The translations under genes were made by a program, and so were the position numbers. 64,000 bases of DNA, taken from contig CAVQME010000001.1 of NCBI GenBank assembly GCA_963713545.1, forward strand, positions 130,809 through 194,808, in the 5' to 3' direction. The first letter of the stretch is position 1; each line of letters starts with the position of its first letter. Below the pieces are notes generated by a model. That model ran no database searches. It was not told the DNA's origin and saw only the letters and a list, made by a program, of their open reading frames with translations. Origin of the DNA: an uncultured Actinomycetes bacterium (GTDB taxonomy: Bacteria > Actinomycetota > Thermoleophilia > RBG-16-64-13). Shown here one piece after another: positions 10,019-29,839 of this stretch.

Positions 10019-10366
10019 CTAACCCTTATCCACCTGGACGTTGCATTTCTTGCAGTAGCGGATCTTGTCTTCGCCCTCCATGCGGACGCCCACCCTCGCG
10101 GGCTGGCCACATCCGGGACAGACCAATTGGACGCTACTGATGTGCATGCTCGCTTCCCGCTCGATGACCCCGCCCTGCGGCGTCTTCTGCGAGGGGCGCA
10201 CGTGCCGTTTGATGAAGTTGACCCTCTCCACCACCACGCGCTCTTCGTCCGCCAGCACGCGCATGACCTTGCCCCGCTTGCCGGCTTCCTTGCCTTGCAT
10301 AACCTGGACGGTGTCGCCCTTCTTGATCCGAAGCTTCTTCTTGTGCGCTGTGTCTTTGCTCATCAC
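10019..10366 (-). CDS. rplX: 50S ribosomal protein L24 with a C-terminal Cys4 zinc ribbon
   Basis: 115 aa. A KOW domain ([20 protein letters not shown]) is followed by [11 protein letters not shown]...CKKC. Confidence 0.92.
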   Translation of the reverse strand: MMSKDTAHKKKLRIKKGDTVQVMQGKEAGKRGKVMRVLADEERVVVERVNFIKRHVRPSQKTPQGGVIEREASMHISSVQLVCPGCGQPARVGVRMEGEDKIRYCKKCNVQVDKG

Positions 10367-10731
10367 AGCACCTCCGGCGCCAACGAGACGATCTTTGCGA
10401 AGTTCTTTTCGCGCAGCTCACGGCCCACGGGTCCGAAGATGCGGGTACCCCGCGGATTCATCTGCCGGTCGATCAGCACCGCAGCGTTCTCGTCGAAGCC
10501 GATGTATGTGCCGTCCCGACGACCGTATTCCTTCTTCACGCGCACGACTACCGCCTGCACCACATCACCCTTCTTGACCGACCCGCCCGGGATGGCTTCC
10601 TTGACCGCCCCGACGATGATGTCGCCCACCCCGGCGTAGCGTCTCTGCGACCCGCCCTTGATGCGGATGCAGAGAATCTCGCGTGCGCCGGTGTTGTCGG
10701 CCACTTTGAGTCTTGTCTCCACCTGTATCAT
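10363..10731 (-). CDS. rplN: 50S ribosomal protein L14
   Basis: 122 aa. It begins [27 protein letters not shown]. Confidence 0.95.
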   Translation of the reverse strand: MIQVETRLKVADNTGAREILCIRIKGGSQRRYAGVGDIIVGAVKEAIPGGSVKKGDVVQAVVVRVKKEYGRRDGTYIGFDENAAVLIDRQMNPRGTRIFGPVGRELREKNFAKIVSLAPEVL

Positions 10732-10760
10732 CGTGTTCCACCCATCTCCTGACGGCCGGG

Positions 10761-11024
10761 CTACTCGGCCCGCTCGAGCACCTTGATCAGGCGCCAGGTC
10801 TTGTCACGGGAGAGCGGCCGGCATTCACGCACCAGGACCGTGTCCCCTAACCGAGCCTCGTTCTGCTCGTCGTGGGCTTTCAGACGGCTGGTGGTCCGCA
10901 CCACTTTCTTGTACTGGGCGTGGGGCCGTACGGCGCTCACCTGCACGACGATGGTCTTGTCCATCTTGTCGGAGACGACCACGCCCTGCCGCTCCCGTTG
11001 CTTTGTCGCTCGCTGCTCGGCCAT
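10761..11024 (-). CDS. rpsQ: 30S ribosomal protein S17
   Basis: 87 aa. It contains [21 protein letters not shown]. Confidence 0.93.
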   Translation of the reverse strand: MAEQRATKQRERQGVVVSDKMDKTIVVQVSAVRPHAQYKKVVRTTSRLKAHDEQNEARLGDTVLVRECRPLSRDKTWRLIKVLERAE

Positions 11025-11224
11025 CAGAACTCCCTCGCCCGTTCTCTCGCGGATTGAACCGTCATGATCCTGGCGATGTCCTGGCGCACCTGGCGCAGAC
11101 GGCTGGTGTTCTCCAGTTGCCCGGCCGCGTGCTGGAACCGCAGGTTGAACAGTTCCTCACGCGACTGCTTGAGGCGCTGGGCCAATTCCTCGTCAGCGAG
11201 TTCGACCAAGTCCTTAGACTTCAA
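11024..11224 (-). CDS. rpmC: 50S ribosomal protein L29
   Basis: The ORF-track frame contains [34 protein letters not shown]. The probable start is the TTG giving MKSKDLVEL..., 9 nt after AGGGAGG. The 5' extension in the ORF track is spurious. Confidence 0.85.
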   Translation of the reverse strand: MKSKDLVELADEELAQRLKQSREELFNLRFQHAAGQLENTSRLRQVRQDIARIMTVQSARERAREF

Positions 11225-11639
11225 TGCCTCCATCCTCCCTGGTCGCGAACCTGCATTTAACAGGAAGTTTGTGCGCCGCCAGCCTGATGGCCTCCTTGGC
11301 AAGCTCCTCGCTGACGCCCGCCAACTCGAACATCACCCGGCCCGGCTTGACCACGGCCACCCACTGATCGGGCGACCCTTTGCCGGAGCCCATACGGGTC
11401 TCGGCCGGTTTCTTAGTGATGGGTTTCTGCGGGAAGATGTTGATCCACACCTTCCCACCCCTTTTGATCTTGCGGGTCATCGCGATACGAGCAGCTTCGA
11501 TCTGCCGGCCGGTGATCCAGCCTGGCTCCAACGCCTGCAAGCCGTATTCGCCGAACTGGACCGTGGTCTGGCCCTTCGACTTGCCGGTCATGCGGCCTCG
11601 ATGCTGTTTGCGGTGCTTGACCCGTTTTGGTAGTAGCAT
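11214..11639 (-). CDS. rplP: 50S ribosomal protein L16
   Basis: 141 aa. It begins [37 protein letters not shown]. Confidence 0.95.
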   Translation of the reverse strand: MLLPKRVKHRKQHRGRMTGKSKGQTTVQFGEYGLQALEPGWITGRQIEAARIAMTRKIKRGGKVWINIFPQKPITKKPAETRMGSGKGSPDQWVAVVKPGRVMFELAGVSEELAKEAIRLAAHKLPVKCRFATREDGGIEV

Positions 11640-11728
11640 CTCTTATCCTTTTCCCTCCCGGTCCTTCGCCTCAGATCCACGGGCCCGGGCGTTTCCGCCG
11701 GGGCCGGAGGCATGCAGACCGGCGACCG

Positions 11729-12403
11729 TCACCCTACACGGGCCTCCGCCTGCCCGCGGGAGCCCTGCTCGAACCCCTCGGGCATGATCTCACCCTTGTT
11801 TATCCACACCTTCACGCCGATCTTGCCGAACGTCGTGTCGGCTTCGCAAAAACCGTAATCGATGTCGGCCCGGAGCGTGTGGAGAGGCACCCGGCCCTCG
11901 CTGTAGCCCTCGATACGAGCCATCTCCGCGCCACCTAGGCGGCCGCCCGACCTCACCTTGATGCCGACGGCGCCGGAGCGCATGGCCGAGGTGATAGCTC
12001 TCTTCATGGCCCGCCGGAAACTCACCCGGTTGGCGAGCTGCTCGGCGATAGACTGCGCAACCAGGTTGGCGTCCAACTCGGGCCGCTTGATCTCGACGAT
12101 GTTGACGTGCACGGCCTTGCCGGTCATCTCGTGCAGGTCGCGCCTGAGCGCGTCAACCTCGGAGCCCGACTTGCCGATGACTATGCCCGGCCGCGCGGTA
12201 TGGATGTCCACGACCACCTTGTTCGTGTCCTTGCGGATCACGATGGTGGACAGGCCGGCATGACCCATCTTCTTCTGGATGTGCTTGCGGATCGCCAGGT
12301 CCTCGTGAAGGAAGCTGGCGAACTGCTTCTCGGTGTACCAGTGGGCCTTCCAGTCATGGATGATGCCGAGCCGCATACCTCCGGGATGAACTTTCTGACC
12401 CAC
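11729..12403 (-). CDS. rpsC: 30S ribosomal protein S3
   Basis: 224 aa. It has KH and S3-C domains ([18 protein letters not shown]...). Confidence 0.95.
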   Translation of the reverse strand: MGQKVHPGGMRLGIIHDWKAHWYTEKQFASFLHEDLAIRKHIQKKMGHAGLSTIVIRKDTNKVVVDIHTARPGIVIGKSGSEVDALRRDLHEMTGKAVHVNIVEIKRPELDANLVAQSIAEQLANRVSFRRAMKRAITSAMRSGAVGIKVRSGGRLGGAEMARIEGYSEGRVPLHTLRADIDYGFCEADTTFGKIGVKVWINKGEIMPEGFEQGSRGQAEARVG

Positions 12404-12406
12404 CTG

Positions 12407-12745
12407 CTACGACTCCTTTTTCTCGTCGACGCACACCGTGATGTGGCTGGTCCGTTTGCGTATGCGGCTGGCCCGTCCCATCGCCCGCGGCCGGAACCGC
12501 TTGATGGTCGGACCGCTGTTGGCATAGGCCTGGACCACGTAGAGGTCGTCCGCGTCAAGATCGTGATTGTTCTCGGCGTTGGCCACCGCGGAATCGAGCA
12601 CCTTGCCCACGATCTTGGCCGCAGCCCGCGGGGTCAGCGCCAGAATGGCCTTGGCTTCGGCCACCGGTTTGCCGCAGATGAGCCGGGTCATGTCGCCGGC
12701 CTTACGCGGCGAGACCCTCACGTACTTGGCAGTAGCGTTGACCAT
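12407..12745 (-). CDS. rplV: 50S ribosomal protein L22
   Basis: 112 aa. It begins [23 protein letters not shown]. Confidence 0.93.
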   Translation of the reverse strand: MVNATAKYVRVSPRKAGDMTRLICGKPVAEAKAILALTPRAAAKIVGKVLDSAVANAENNHDLDADDLYVVQAYANSGPTIKRFRPRAMGRASRIRKRTSHITVCVDEKKES

Positions 12746-12748
12746 GCC

Positions 12749-13033
12749 CTACTTCCTCCTCATCCGGCGCTCTTTGTTGCCGCCGTGTCCGCGGAAAGTG
12801 CGGGTCAACGCGAACTCGCCCAACCGGTGGCCGACCATGCTCTCGGTGATGTAGATAGGCACATGCTTGCGTCCGTCATGGACGGCGATCGTGTGCCCGA
12901 TCATCTCCGGATAGATAGTGGACGCCCGGGACCAGGTCTTGAGCATGCGCTTCTCGCCGGTCTCGTTCATGGTCTCGACCCGCTTCATCAGCCGTTCTTC
13001 GACGAAGGGAGCTTTTTTGCTTGAACGCGCCAC
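12749..13033 (-). CDS. rpsS: 30S ribosomal protein S19
   Basis: 94 aa. It contains [30 protein letters not shown]. Confidence 0.95.
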   Translation of the reverse strand: MARSSKKAPFVEERLMKRVETMNETGEKRMLKTWSRASTIYPEMIGHTIAVHDGRKHVPIYITESMVGHRLGEFALTRTFRGHGGNKERRMRRK

Positions 13034-13042
13034 GATGTTCTA

Positions 13043-13876
13043 TTACCTCCCTTTCCCCCGTCGCCTGACGATGTATTTGGTCGAGGGCTTGTTGGCTTTG
13101 CGGGTCTTGTGACCCAGGGTGGGGACGCCCCAAGGCGTCACCGGATTACGGCCGGGAGCAGTCGAGCCTTCGCCGCCGCCGTGGGGATGGTCGACCGGGT
13201 TCATGGTCGTGCCGCGAACCCCGGGCCTGACCCCCATCCAGCGCTTGCGGCCGGCCTTCCCGGTGGTGAGGTTCTCGTGCTCGGCGTTGCCGATCTCACC
13301 CACCGTGGCCCGGCACTCCATACGCAGCATGCGCATCTCGCCCGAGGGCAGACGGAGGATGGCATAGTCGCCTTCCTTGGCCATCACCTGGGCCGACGTA
13401 CCGGCCGATCGGGCAATCTGCCCGCCCCGGCCCTTGTATAGCTCGATGTTGTGCACCACGGTGCCGACCGGAATGTTACGCAACGGGAGAGCGCAGCCCA
13501 CGCGGATGTCGGCCTCGGGACCCGCTTCCACCATGGCGCCCACACCAAGCTTGTTCGGCGCAAGGATGTAACGCTTGTCGCCGTCGGCGTAGACGATCAG
13601 CGCGATGCGGCAGTTGCGATTGGGATCGTATTCGATCGCGGCGACCCGACCGGGCACACCGTCCTTATCGCGCTTGAAGTCGATGACCCTGTACAGGCGT
13701 TTGTGCCCGCCACCTTGATGCCGGGTGGTGATACGACCGTTGTTGTTGCGGCCGCCATTGCGCTTCACCGGACGGGTGAGCGCCTTCTCCGGCTCGGACT
13801 TCGTGATTTCGTCGAAGGCAGGCGTGGTCGCGAACCTGCGTCCGGGAGATGTGGGCTTGTAGCTCTTTATAGCCAT
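13043..13876 (-). CDS. rplB: 50S ribosomal protein L2
   Basis: 277 aa. It contains [15 protein letters not shown]...[13 protein letters not shown]. Confidence 0.95.
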   Translation of the reverse strand: MAIKSYKPTSPGRRFATTPAFDEITKSEPEKALTRPVKRNGGRNNNGRITTRHQGGGHKRLYRVIDFKRDKDGVPGRVAAIEYDPNRNCRIALIVYADGDKRYILAPNKLGVGAMVEAGPEADIRVGCALPLRNIPVGTVVHNIELYKGRGGQIARSAGTSAQVMAKEGDYAILRLPSGEMRMLRMECRATVGEIGNAEHENLTTGKAGRKRWMGVRPGVRGTTMNPVDHPHGGGEGSTAPGRNPVTPWGVPTLGHKTRKANKPSTKYIVRRRGKGR

Positions 13877-13926
13877 GTGTCTCTTACCGCGTCCCTTCTA
13901 CGATGGGTCGCCTCAGGCCGACGATT

Positions 13927-14004
13927 CGGCCGCCTAGTCTGCACTGGGCGGTGCCATGCGTCGTCCTCAGTCGCGCCCGTAGCGCTGCCACGTTCGTTCC
14001 CTGC
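13927..14004 (-). repeat. ~77-nt structured repeat element, copy B (rplW-rplB spacer; minus-strand sense, same sense as the operon)
   Basis: Minus strand reads cgcagggaacgaacgtggcagcgctacgggcgcgactgaggacgacgcatggcaccgcccagtgcagactaggcggcc. The hairpin CGTRGC-agc-GCTACG is conserved with a G-U-compatible change. Confidence 0.6.
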
Positions 14005-14064
14005 GTCCCAGCCTCGCCCGCGCCCATCGCATCCTGTCTGCGAATAGTCATCCTTCACCAACCC

Positions 14065-14349
14065 TTACGTCGCGCCGAAGAACTCGATCCGGTTGCCCGG
14101 GGCGAGTTCGACCACTGCCTTCTTCCAGCGCTTGGTCACGCCCACATGGGCGCCCCTGCGCTTGGGTTTCGGCTTCATGTTGATCGTCTGCACGCCGATG
14201 ACCTTGACGTTGAAGATCTCCTCCACCGCGGCCCGGATATGGGGTTTGGTGGCCCGGTAGTTCACCTCGAACGAGTACCGGTTGCTGTCGACGGCCCGGT
14301 AGCTCTTTTCGGAGATGATGGGACGGATGATGATCTGCCGCGCGTCCAC
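14065..14349 (-). CDS. rplW: 50S ribosomal protein L23
   Basis: 94 aa. It contains IIRPIISEKSYRAVDSNRYSFEV. Confidence 0.92.
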   Translation of the reverse strand: MDARQIIIRPIISEKSYRAVDSNRYSFEVNYRATKPHIRAAVEEIFNVKVIGVQTINMKPKPKRRGAHVGVTKRWKKAVVELAPGNRIEFFGAT

Positions 14350-14987
14350 TAGGACTCACCGCCTTCGCTCAGGCCACCTTCTAGGAAGGACACGGCGCTT
14401 TCGGTGAACAATAGGCTCTTAGCCCAAACATAATCCTGCACCTCAGCCTCGCCCACGTTGAGTACCCGCGTGCCGGCCAAGTTGCGGAAGCTCTTGAGGG
14501 CGGCGATCTCCTCGGCGCCGACCAAAACCAACAGCGGCCTGTCCAACTCGGCCTTATCGAGGATGGAGGCTGCCCGTTTGGTCGATGGCTCATCGAAGAC
14601 GGTGCTGGACAAAACCCGCACCGTGCCCCCGTTTACGAGGTCGCTGAGCGCCATCCGGAAAGCCTGTACCTTGACCTTCTTGTTGACCTTCTGCGCGTAG
14701 CCGCGCGGGATCGGCGGGAAAGCCACGCCTCCGCCGACGAATTGCGACACCTTACCGGAGCCCACCCGGGCGCGGCCGGTGCCCTTCTGGCGCCACTGCT
14801 TGGCGCCCGTGCCGGAGACCTGGCTCCGACTCTTGGCCGCTGCGGTGCCCTGCCGGTGTCCGGCCAGTTCGGCCGTCACCACCTGATGCAGCAGACCGAT
14901 CTTGATCTCGTCCTGGACCAGCGCGCTCGCCAGCTCGTGCTGACCGATGACCGCGCCGCTCTCGTCGATTCTGTTGATGGTTGGCAT
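14349..14987 (-). CDS. rplD: 50S ribosomal protein L4
   Basis: 212 aa. It contains the L4 core (RQKGTGRARVGS). Confidence 0.93.
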   Translation of the reverse strand: MPTINRIDESGAVIGQHELASALVQDEIKIGLLHQVVTAELAGHRQGTAAAKSRSQVSGTGAKQWRQKGTGRARVGSGKVSQFVGGGVAFPPIPRGYAQKVNKKVKVQAFRMALSDLVNGGTVRVLSSTVFDEPSTKRAASILDKAELDRPLLVLVGAEEIAALKSFRNLAGTRVLNVGEAEVQDYVWAKSLLFTESAVSFLEGGLSEGGES

Positions 14988-14991
14988 AGGA

Positions 14992-15606
14992 CTAACCTCT
15001 GATCACGACCAAGGAGCCCTTGCTCCCCGGGATCGCGCCTTTGACCATTACCAGATTGTTGTCCGGGTCGGTCCTGACGACGGTGAGGCCCGTCTGGGTG
15101 ACGCGCACGCTGCCCATGTGACCGGGAAGCCGTGTGCCGGGGAACACCCGGGCCGGGTCGGCCGAGGCTCCGATGGACCCCGGGGCGCGATGGAAGTGCG
15201 CACCATGATAGCCCGGCCCACCGGCGAACCCATGCCGCTTCATGACACCCTGGAAGCCCTTGCCCTTGCTCACGCCGGTGACCTTCACCCGATCGCCAGG
15301 GGAGAAGACGTCCACCGTGACGGTGTCACCGATAGCCAGGTCCTCCTCGCCCCGCACCTCGACGAGGTGGCGCTTGGGCGTGGTCACGCCGGCCTTCTTG
15401 AGATGTCCGAGCAGGGGCTTGTTGAGCCTCTTGGCCTTGACGTCGCCGAAGGCGATCTGTGTGGCGGCGTAGCCGTCCTTTTCCACCGTCTTCTTCTGAG
15501 TCACTAGGCACGGACCAGCCTGGATGACCGTGCAGCGGACGATCGTGCCGTCCTCGTTGAAGAACTGGGTCATGCCCAGCTTTGTGCCTAACAGCGTCTT
15601 CATCAC
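14992..15606 (-). CDS. rplC: 50S ribosomal protein L3
   Basis: 204 aa. It begins [32 protein letters not shown]. Confidence 0.95.
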   Translation of the reverse strand: MMKTLLGTKLGMTQFFNEDGTIVRCTVIQAGPCLVTQKKTVEKDGYAATQIAFGDVKAKRLNKPLLGHLKKAGVTTPKRHLVEVRGEEDLAIGDTVTVDVFSPGDRVKVTGVSKGKGFQGVMKRHGFAGGPGYHGAHFHRAPGSIGASADPARVFPGTRLPGHMGSVRVTQTGLTVVRTDPDNNLVMVKGAIPGSKGSLVVIRG

Positions 15607-15911
15607 AATTTGATCTCTATGTCCACACCCGCGGGCAGATCCATACGCATGAGTGAGTCCACCGTCTTGGGGGTGGGTTGGTGGATGTCGATCAGGCGCT
15701 TGTGCGTCCTGATCTCGAAGTGCTCGCGCGAGTCCTTGTCCTTGAACGGGCTCCTGATCACGCAGTAGACGTTTTTCTCGGTCGGCAACGGCACGGGGCC
15801 GGAAATGGTGGCGCCGGTGCGCTCCGCCGTTTCGACGATGCTCCGCGCGCTTCTATCGACCAACTCGTGGTCGTAGGCCTTGAGCCTTATGCGTATCTTC
15901 TGTTGCGCCAC
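15603..15911 (-). CDS. rpsJ: 30S ribosomal protein S10
   Basis: 102 aa. It begins [27 protein letters not shown]. Confidence 0.95.
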   Translation of the reverse strand: MAQQKIRIRLKAYDHELVDRSARSIVETAERTGATISGPVPLPTEKNVYCVIRSPFKDKDSREHFEIRTHKRLIDIHQPTPKTVDSLMRMDLPAGVDIEIKL

Positions 15912-15921
15912 CTGGTGACTC

Positions 15922-17127
<1,206 letters not shown>

Positions 17128-17208
17128 TGATTCCTCCCTTTCTACCTGAATCACTCAGGCGGCCGCCGCAGCCAGGCGGCCGGTTTCCCTTGGTTCGTCG
17201 TCCTCTTG

Positions 17209-19338
17209 CTAGTCGTTTGAGCTTCTGCCGCCCTGCTGGGCGATGATCTCCTGCGCGATCGCAGGGGGTACCTCGGCGTAGTGACTGAACTGCATGGTGT
17301 ATGTCGCCCGTCCCTGGCTCATCGAACGGAGGTCGGTAGCATACCCGAACATCGGAGCAAGGGGCACGTTCGCCCGGATGACCTGCGCGCCCGCCCTCGG
17401 CTCCATCCCCACGATGTGCCCCCGGCGACTGTTGAGGTCGCCCATGACGTCGCCCATGTACTCCTCGGGCACCACCACTTCCACGTCCTCGATGGGTTCC
17501 AGCAGCACCGGATGCGCCTTCTTGGCAGCTTCCCTGAAGGCCATAGAGCCCGCGATCTTGAAAGCCATCTCCGACGAGTCCACCTCGTGGTAGGAGCCGT
17601 CGATCAACTGCACCTTCACGTCCTCCATCGGGAAGCCGGCCAGCACGCCTGTCTCCATGGCCTCGATCATGCCCACCTGGACCGCAGGGATGTATTCCTT
17701 GGGAACGGCGCCCCCAACGATCTTGTTTTCGAAGGAGAATCCCGCGCCGTACTCGTTGGGCTCCATCTTTATGACCACGTGGCCGTACTGGCCTCTTCCG
17801 CCGGTCTGGCGCACGAAACGGCCCTCGATCTTTGGCACCGCTTTGGTGATGCCCTCCCGGTAGGCGACCTGGGGGCGGCCCACGTTGGCGTCGACCTTGA
17901 ACTCGCGCAGTAGCCGGTCGACGATGATCTCCAAGTGCAGCTCGCCCATGCCGGCGATGATAGTCTGACCCGTGTCCTCGTCGGTCCGCACCCGGAACGT
18001 GGGATCTTCGTCGGCCAGCTTCATGAGGCTCTCGGAGAGCCGGTCCTGGTCGGCCTTGGTCTTGGGCTCGATGGCCACAAAGATCACCGGGTCGGGGAAC
18101 TCGATGGATTCCAGGATGATGGCCCCGCTTGCATCGCACAGCGTGTCGCCCGTGGTCGTGCCCTTTAGACCGACCGCGGCGGCGATGTCGCCGGCGAACA
18201 CGTGCGTGATGTCCTCGCGGTGGTTAGCATGCATCTGCAGGATCCGGCCCACACGCTCCTTCTTGTCCTTGCTGGAGTTGTAGACGTACGACCCCGCTTT
18301 GAGGCTGCCGGAATAGACCCGGAAATAGGTGAGCTTGCCCACGAAGGGGTCGGACATTATCTTAAAGGCGATGGCCGAGAAAGGCTCATCGTCGTCGGCG
18401 TGCCGCACGACCACCTTGCTATTGTGCGGGTTGATGCCCTCCACCGGCGGCACATCCAGCGGCGAGGGGAGATAGTCGACCACCGCGTCGAGGAGCATCT
18501 GCACGCCCTTGTTCTTGAACGACGATCCGCACAACACCGGGGTGAGCGCGATATCGAGGGTGGCCCGCCGGATGGCGGCCTTGAGCCGCTCTTCGCTGAT
18601 CTCATCGCCCTCCAGGTAGTCCATCATCAGAAGGTCGTCGTCCTCGGCCAGTGTCTCGAGCATGTGAGCCCGCTCCGCCCGAGCCCGGTCCAGCATGTCG
18701 TCGGGGATCGGAGTCTCGTCCCACTCCACCCCCATCTCGTCTGTGAAGACATAGGCGACCATGCGCACCAGGTCGATGACTCCTCGGAACTGGTCTTCCC
18801 TGCCCAGAGGGAGTTGGATGACGAGGGGACGGGCATGGAGCCGGTCGACCATCATCTGCACGCCCTGGGCGAAATCGGCACCTACCCGATCCATCTTGTT
18901 TACAAAAGCGATCCTGGGCACCCGGTACTTGTCCGCCTGCCGCCAAACCGTTTCGGACTGGGGCTCCACCCCCGCCACCGAGCAGAACAGAGCGATGGCT
19001 CCGTCCAAAACCCGCAGCGAGCGTTCCACTTCCATGGTAAAGTCCACGTGCCCGGGCGTGTCTATGATGTTGACGCGATGATCACGCCAATCGCAGGTGG
19101 TAGCCGCCGAGGTGATGGTGATGCCCCGCTCTTGCTCCTGGGCCATCCAGTCCATGACCGCGGCGCCGTCGTGCACCTCGCCGATCTTATAAGTACGGCC
19201 GGTGTAGTACAGCATCCGCTCCGTGGTCGTGGTCTTGCCGGCATCGATGTGAGCCATGATGCCGATGTTGCGGACCATGGCCAGCGGATGCCGCTGGGCC
19301 GTCATAGTCTCGAGTCTATGTGCCGTCGCCTGTGCCAA
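17209..19338 (-). CDS. fusA: elongation factor G
   Basis: ~700 aa. It contains [24 protein letters not shown]. The start is either TTG at 19338 or ATG at 19305. Confidence 0.93.
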   Translation of the reverse strand: MAQATAHRLETMTAQRHPLAMVRNIGIMAHIDAGKTTTTERMLYYTGRTYKIGEVHDGAAVMDWMAQEQERGITITSAATTCDWRDHRVNIIDTPGHVDFTMEVERSLRVLDGAIALFCSVAGVEPQSETVWRQADKYRVPRIAFVNKMDRVGADFAQGVQMMVDRLHARPLVIQLPLGREDQFRGVIDLVRMVAYVFTDEMGVEWDETPIPDDMLDRARAERAHMLETLAEDDDLLMMDYLEGDEISEERLKAAIRRATLDIALTPVLCGSSFKNKGVQMLLDAVVDYLPSPLDVPPVEGINPHNSKVVVRHADDDEPFSAIAFKIMSDPFVGKLTYFRVYSGSLKAGSYVYNSSKDKKERVGRILQMHANHREDITHVFAGDIAAAVGLKGTTTGDTLCDASGAIILESIEFPDPVIFVAIEPKTKADQDRLSESLMKLADEDPTFRVRTDEDTGQTIIAGMGELHLEIIVDRLLREFKVDANVGRPQVAYREGITKAVPKIEGRFVRQTGGRGQYGHVVIKMEPNEYGAGFSFENKIVGGAVPKEYIPAVQVGMIEAMETGVLAGFPMEDVKVQLIDGSYHEVDSSEMAFKIAGSMAFREAAKKAHPVLLEPIEDVEVVVPEEYMGDVMGDLNSRRGHIVGMEPRAGAQVIRANVPLAPMFGYATDLRSMSQGRATYTMQFSHYAEVPPAIAQEIIAQQGGRSSND

Positions 19339-19355
19339 GTTCTCTCTTCTCTAGA

Positions 19356-19826
19356 TCACCAGCGGTAGTGGGCGAAGGCCTTGTTGGCTTCGGCCATCCG
19401 CAGCAGGTCTTCCTTCTTCTTCATGGTCACGCCGGTGCGGTTGTAGCCGTCGAGCAACTCGCCTGCAAGGCGCTCGGCCATGCTGTGCTCGCGCCGGCCC
19501 CGGCTGTGGGTGATGATCCAACGGACAGCCAGCGTGTAGGAGCGACGGGTGGGGACTTCCACCGGAACCTGGTAGTTGGCGCCGCCAACACGACGAGACC
19601 GCACCTCGAGCGCCGGCCGCACGTTCTCGACGGCCTCCTTCAGGACGCCCGCCGGATCGTTGCCGGTGCGCTCGCGCAAGATGTTCATGGCGTCGTACAT
19701 GATGTGCTCCGAAACCGACTTCTTGCCGTCGAGCATCATGCGGTTCACCATCTGGGTGACCAGACGGCTTCTGTACACCGGGTCGGGCTGGATGTCCCGC
19801 TTGGCCGCTCTCGCTCTTCTTGCCAT
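19356..19826 (-). CDS. rpsG: 30S ribosomal protein S7
   Basis: 156 aa. It begins [31 protein letters not shown]. Confidence 0.95.
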   Translation of the reverse strand: MARRARAAKRDIQPDPVYRSRLVTQMVNRMMLDGKKSVSEHIMYDAMNILRERTGNDPAGVLKEAVENVRPALEVRSRRVGGANYQVPVEVPTRRSYTLAVRWIITHSRGRREHSMAERLAGELLDGYNRTGVTMKKKEDLLRMAEANKAFAHYRW

Positions 19827-19848
19827 GACTGCGTGTGCCTTCCTGTAC

Positions 19849-20220
19849 CTAGCTACTCAGTTTGACGCCGTACTTCGAGCGGCCTTGCTTGCGATTCGCC
19901 ACCCCGGCGGCGTCTAGAGCCGCCCGGATGATCTTGTAGCGGACACCGGGGAGGTCTTTCACCCTGCCGCCCCGGATGAGTACCACGGAGTGCTCCTGCA
20001 GGTTGTGCCCGATGCCCGGGATGTAGGCGGTGACCTCCATACCGTTGACCAGCCGCACACGTGCCACCTTCCTCAGGGCCGAGTTGGGCTTCTTGGGGGT
20101 GGTGGTGTAGACACGCGTGCAGACGCCCCGCTTCTGCGGCGCGCCTTTGAGAGCGGGAGTCTTGGTCCTCTTGGACTGTTCTTCCCGGCCTTTACGGATC
20201 AACTGGTTGATCGTCGGCAC
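19849..20220 (-). CDS. rpsL: 30S ribosomal protein S12
   Basis: GTG start giving (M)[14 protein letters not shown]... The 16-residue N-terminal extension in the ORF track is not S12-like. Confidence 0.92.
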   Translation of the reverse strand: MPTINQLIRKGREEQSKRTKTPALKGAPQKRGVCTRVYTTTPKKPNSALRKVARVRLVNGMEVTAYIPGIGHNLQEHSVVLIRGGRVKDLPGVRYKIIRAALDAAGVANRKQGRSKYGVKLSS

Positions 20221-20310
20221 AAATACTCCTCGCCATCTTCTCACTGTGATATTCGCCGGCCGCTGCACGGGCGCGCGCGTATCACGCGTCTGGCCGCGCA
20301 GCGGCCGCGA

Positions 20311-20339
20311 AGTATAGCAAAGCCTCCGAGGGCCTGCAA
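20311..20339 (-). promoter_or_regulatory. candidate sigma70-type promoter of the rpsL-rpsG-fusA-tuf (str) operon
   Basis: Read on the minus strand: gtagggcTTGTTGCAG-N17-TATACT, in the rpoC-rpsL spacer. Confidence 0.35.
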
Positions 20340-20356
20340 CAAGCCCTACTCAGGCA

Positions 20357-24682
<4,326 letters not shown>

Positions 24683-24691
24683 CGAAGGCTC

Positions 24692-28447
<3,756 letters not shown>

Positions 28448-28501
28448 AGGGGATCACTCCTCGCATGCCAGGGGTTTTGCACAGGGTTCAACGCGCAACC
28501 G

Positions 28502-28530
28502 GGTATACTAACACGCCCTTTTGCGTGCAA
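28502..28530 (-). promoter_or_regulatory. candidate sigma70-type promoter upstream of rpoB
   Basis: Read on the minus strand: gtagggcTTGTTGCAC-N17-TATACC, ~55 nt before the rpoB ATG. The 15-mer gtagggcttgttgca is shared with the rpsL upstream region. Confidence 0.35.
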
Positions 28531-28590
28531 CAAGCCCTACCGCCACCGGACGACTATCAGTCCGCCGACAGCCGGGCCCAACTCGAACAG

Positions 28591-28627
28591 CCGGTCGGGG
28601 CGCCGACACAGTCGGCGCCCCGACCGG
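28591..28627 (-). promoter_or_regulatory. rplL-rpoB intergenic stem-loop (attenuator-like; no U tract)
   Basis: CCGGTCGGGGCGCCGAC-aca-GTCGGCGCCCCGACCGG is a perfect 17-bp stem 10 nt after the rplL stop. This is analogous to the partial terminator upstream of rpoB in other bacteria. Confidence 0.5.
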
Positions 28628-28636
28628 CGTTCTCTC

Positions 28637-29014
28637 CTACTTGACCTCGATCTCCGCGCCGACTTCTTCCAGCTGTTTCTTGGTATCTTCGGCCTCGTCC
28701 TTGTTGACACCCTGCTTGACCGGGTTGGGCGCGCCGTCGACCAGGTCCTTGGCTTCTTTCAGGCCCAGGCCCGTGAGAGCCCGCACGACCTTGATGACCT
28801 GGATCTTCTTCTCTCCGGCAGCCTTGAGGATGACGTCGAACTCAGTCTTCTCTTCTTCCTCGACCGCGGCGGCAGCCGCGCCGGCCGGAGCGGCGGCCAT
28901 AGCCATAGGCATGGCGGCGCTCACGCCAAATTCCTCTTCTAGAGCCTTGACGAGGGTCGAAAGCTCCAGCACCGACATCTTCTTGATCTCTTCGATGAGC
29001 TCCTGAGGGGTCAC
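28637..29014 (-). CDS. rplL: 50S ribosomal protein L7/L12
   Basis: 125 aa. It has the Ala-rich hinge followed by [22 protein letters not shown]. Confidence 0.95.
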   Translation of the reverse strand: MTPQELIEEIKKMSVLELSTLVKALEEEFGVSAAMPMAMAAAPAGAAAAAVEEEEKTEFDVILKAAGEKKIQVIKVVRALTGLGLKEAKDLVDGAPNPVKQGVNKDEAEDTKKQLEEVGAEIEVK

Positions 29015-29095
29015 CTTAGCTCAGCTCCTTCCTATCTCACTCACGTACTTTCGCTACGTACTCTTGAGCCCAAGGGCGCGTCCTAGGCGCGGACC

Positions 29096-29620
29096 TCAGG
29101 CGGCGTTTGCTTTCTGCTCGTGCACCTGACCAAGCACCATGACCAGTCCCCTGATGGGACCGTTCAGGACGCCTACCAGGCCCGTCAGCGGAGCGGCGAT
29201 CGTGCCGACCAACTGAGCGATGAGCTGCTCGCGGCTCGGCAGGGCGGCCAGCTTCTCCACCTCGGGCGCCGTCAGCATGGAACGCTGCAGCTTGCCCCCG
29301 CGGACGGCGGCCTTCTTCTTCTCCTTGATGAAGTCCTGGATAGTCTTGGCCACCCGCACGGGATCGCCATGGCAATAGGCGATGGCCGTGGGCCCTTTCA
29401 GGAGCTCGTCCAGACCCTCCACCCCCGCGTCGGCGGCGGCGATCTTGGCAAGGGTGTTCTTCACCACCTTGAGGCTGGCATCGACCTTCGCCAAGCGGGC
29501 CCGGAGCTCGGTGGCCTCCGAGAATGTAAGTCCCCGGTAGTCAACGAAGTAGTAGACGTCCGTGGCCTTGAGGTCGGCCGCTATCTCCCTGACCGCTTCG
29601 ACCTTGTCCGGTCTCGGCAT
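29096..29620 (-). CDS. rplJ: 50S ribosomal protein L10
   Basis: 174 aa. It begins MPRPDKVEAVREIAADLKATDVYYFVDYRGL. Confidence 0.93.
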   Translation of the reverse strand: MPRPDKVEAVREIAADLKATDVYYFVDYRGLTFSEATELRARLAKVDASLKVVKNTLAKIAAADAGVEGLDELLKGPTAIAYCHGDPVRVAKTIQDFIKEKKKAAVRGGKLQRSMLTAPEVEKLAALPSREQLIAQLVGTIAAPLTGLVGVLNGPIRGLVMVLGQVHEQKANAA

Positions 29621-29800
29621 ACTGTTTCACCTCCTTCAAGCAAATCGTCCACCTCCGATAGCAGAGGCGGACGATGACGTGAACAGGCTCCAACAAGCCG
29701 TTATGTCGGTCTCACTCTGCCTCGGCTGGCGGGTCGGCCCAAAGACCTCACCGCTTCTGCCGCCGTGACGGCACCAGCTGTCTCTGGCGGATAACGACGG

Positions 29801-29839
29801 GGAGTATACCCCGCTACGCTTCTTCTTCCAACAGGGCCC
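29801..29839 (-). promoter_or_regulatory. candidate rplJL promoter overlapping the end of rplA, followed by an ~180-nt L10-type leader (29621..29800)
   Basis: Read on the minus strand: TTGGAA-N17-TATACT, with the -35 inside the last rplA codons. The long leader before rplJ is consistent with an L10(L12)4 autoregulatory leader. Confidence 0.3.

Noticed and set aside
13867-14061. 64-aa ORF (MVKDDYSQTGCDGRGRG...) filling the rplW-rplB spacer
   Set aside because: It is in frame with the rplW stop and runs into the rplB start codon in a different frame. It is Arg/Asp-rich and GC-driven. The spacer is better explained by the ~77-nt repeat element it contains.
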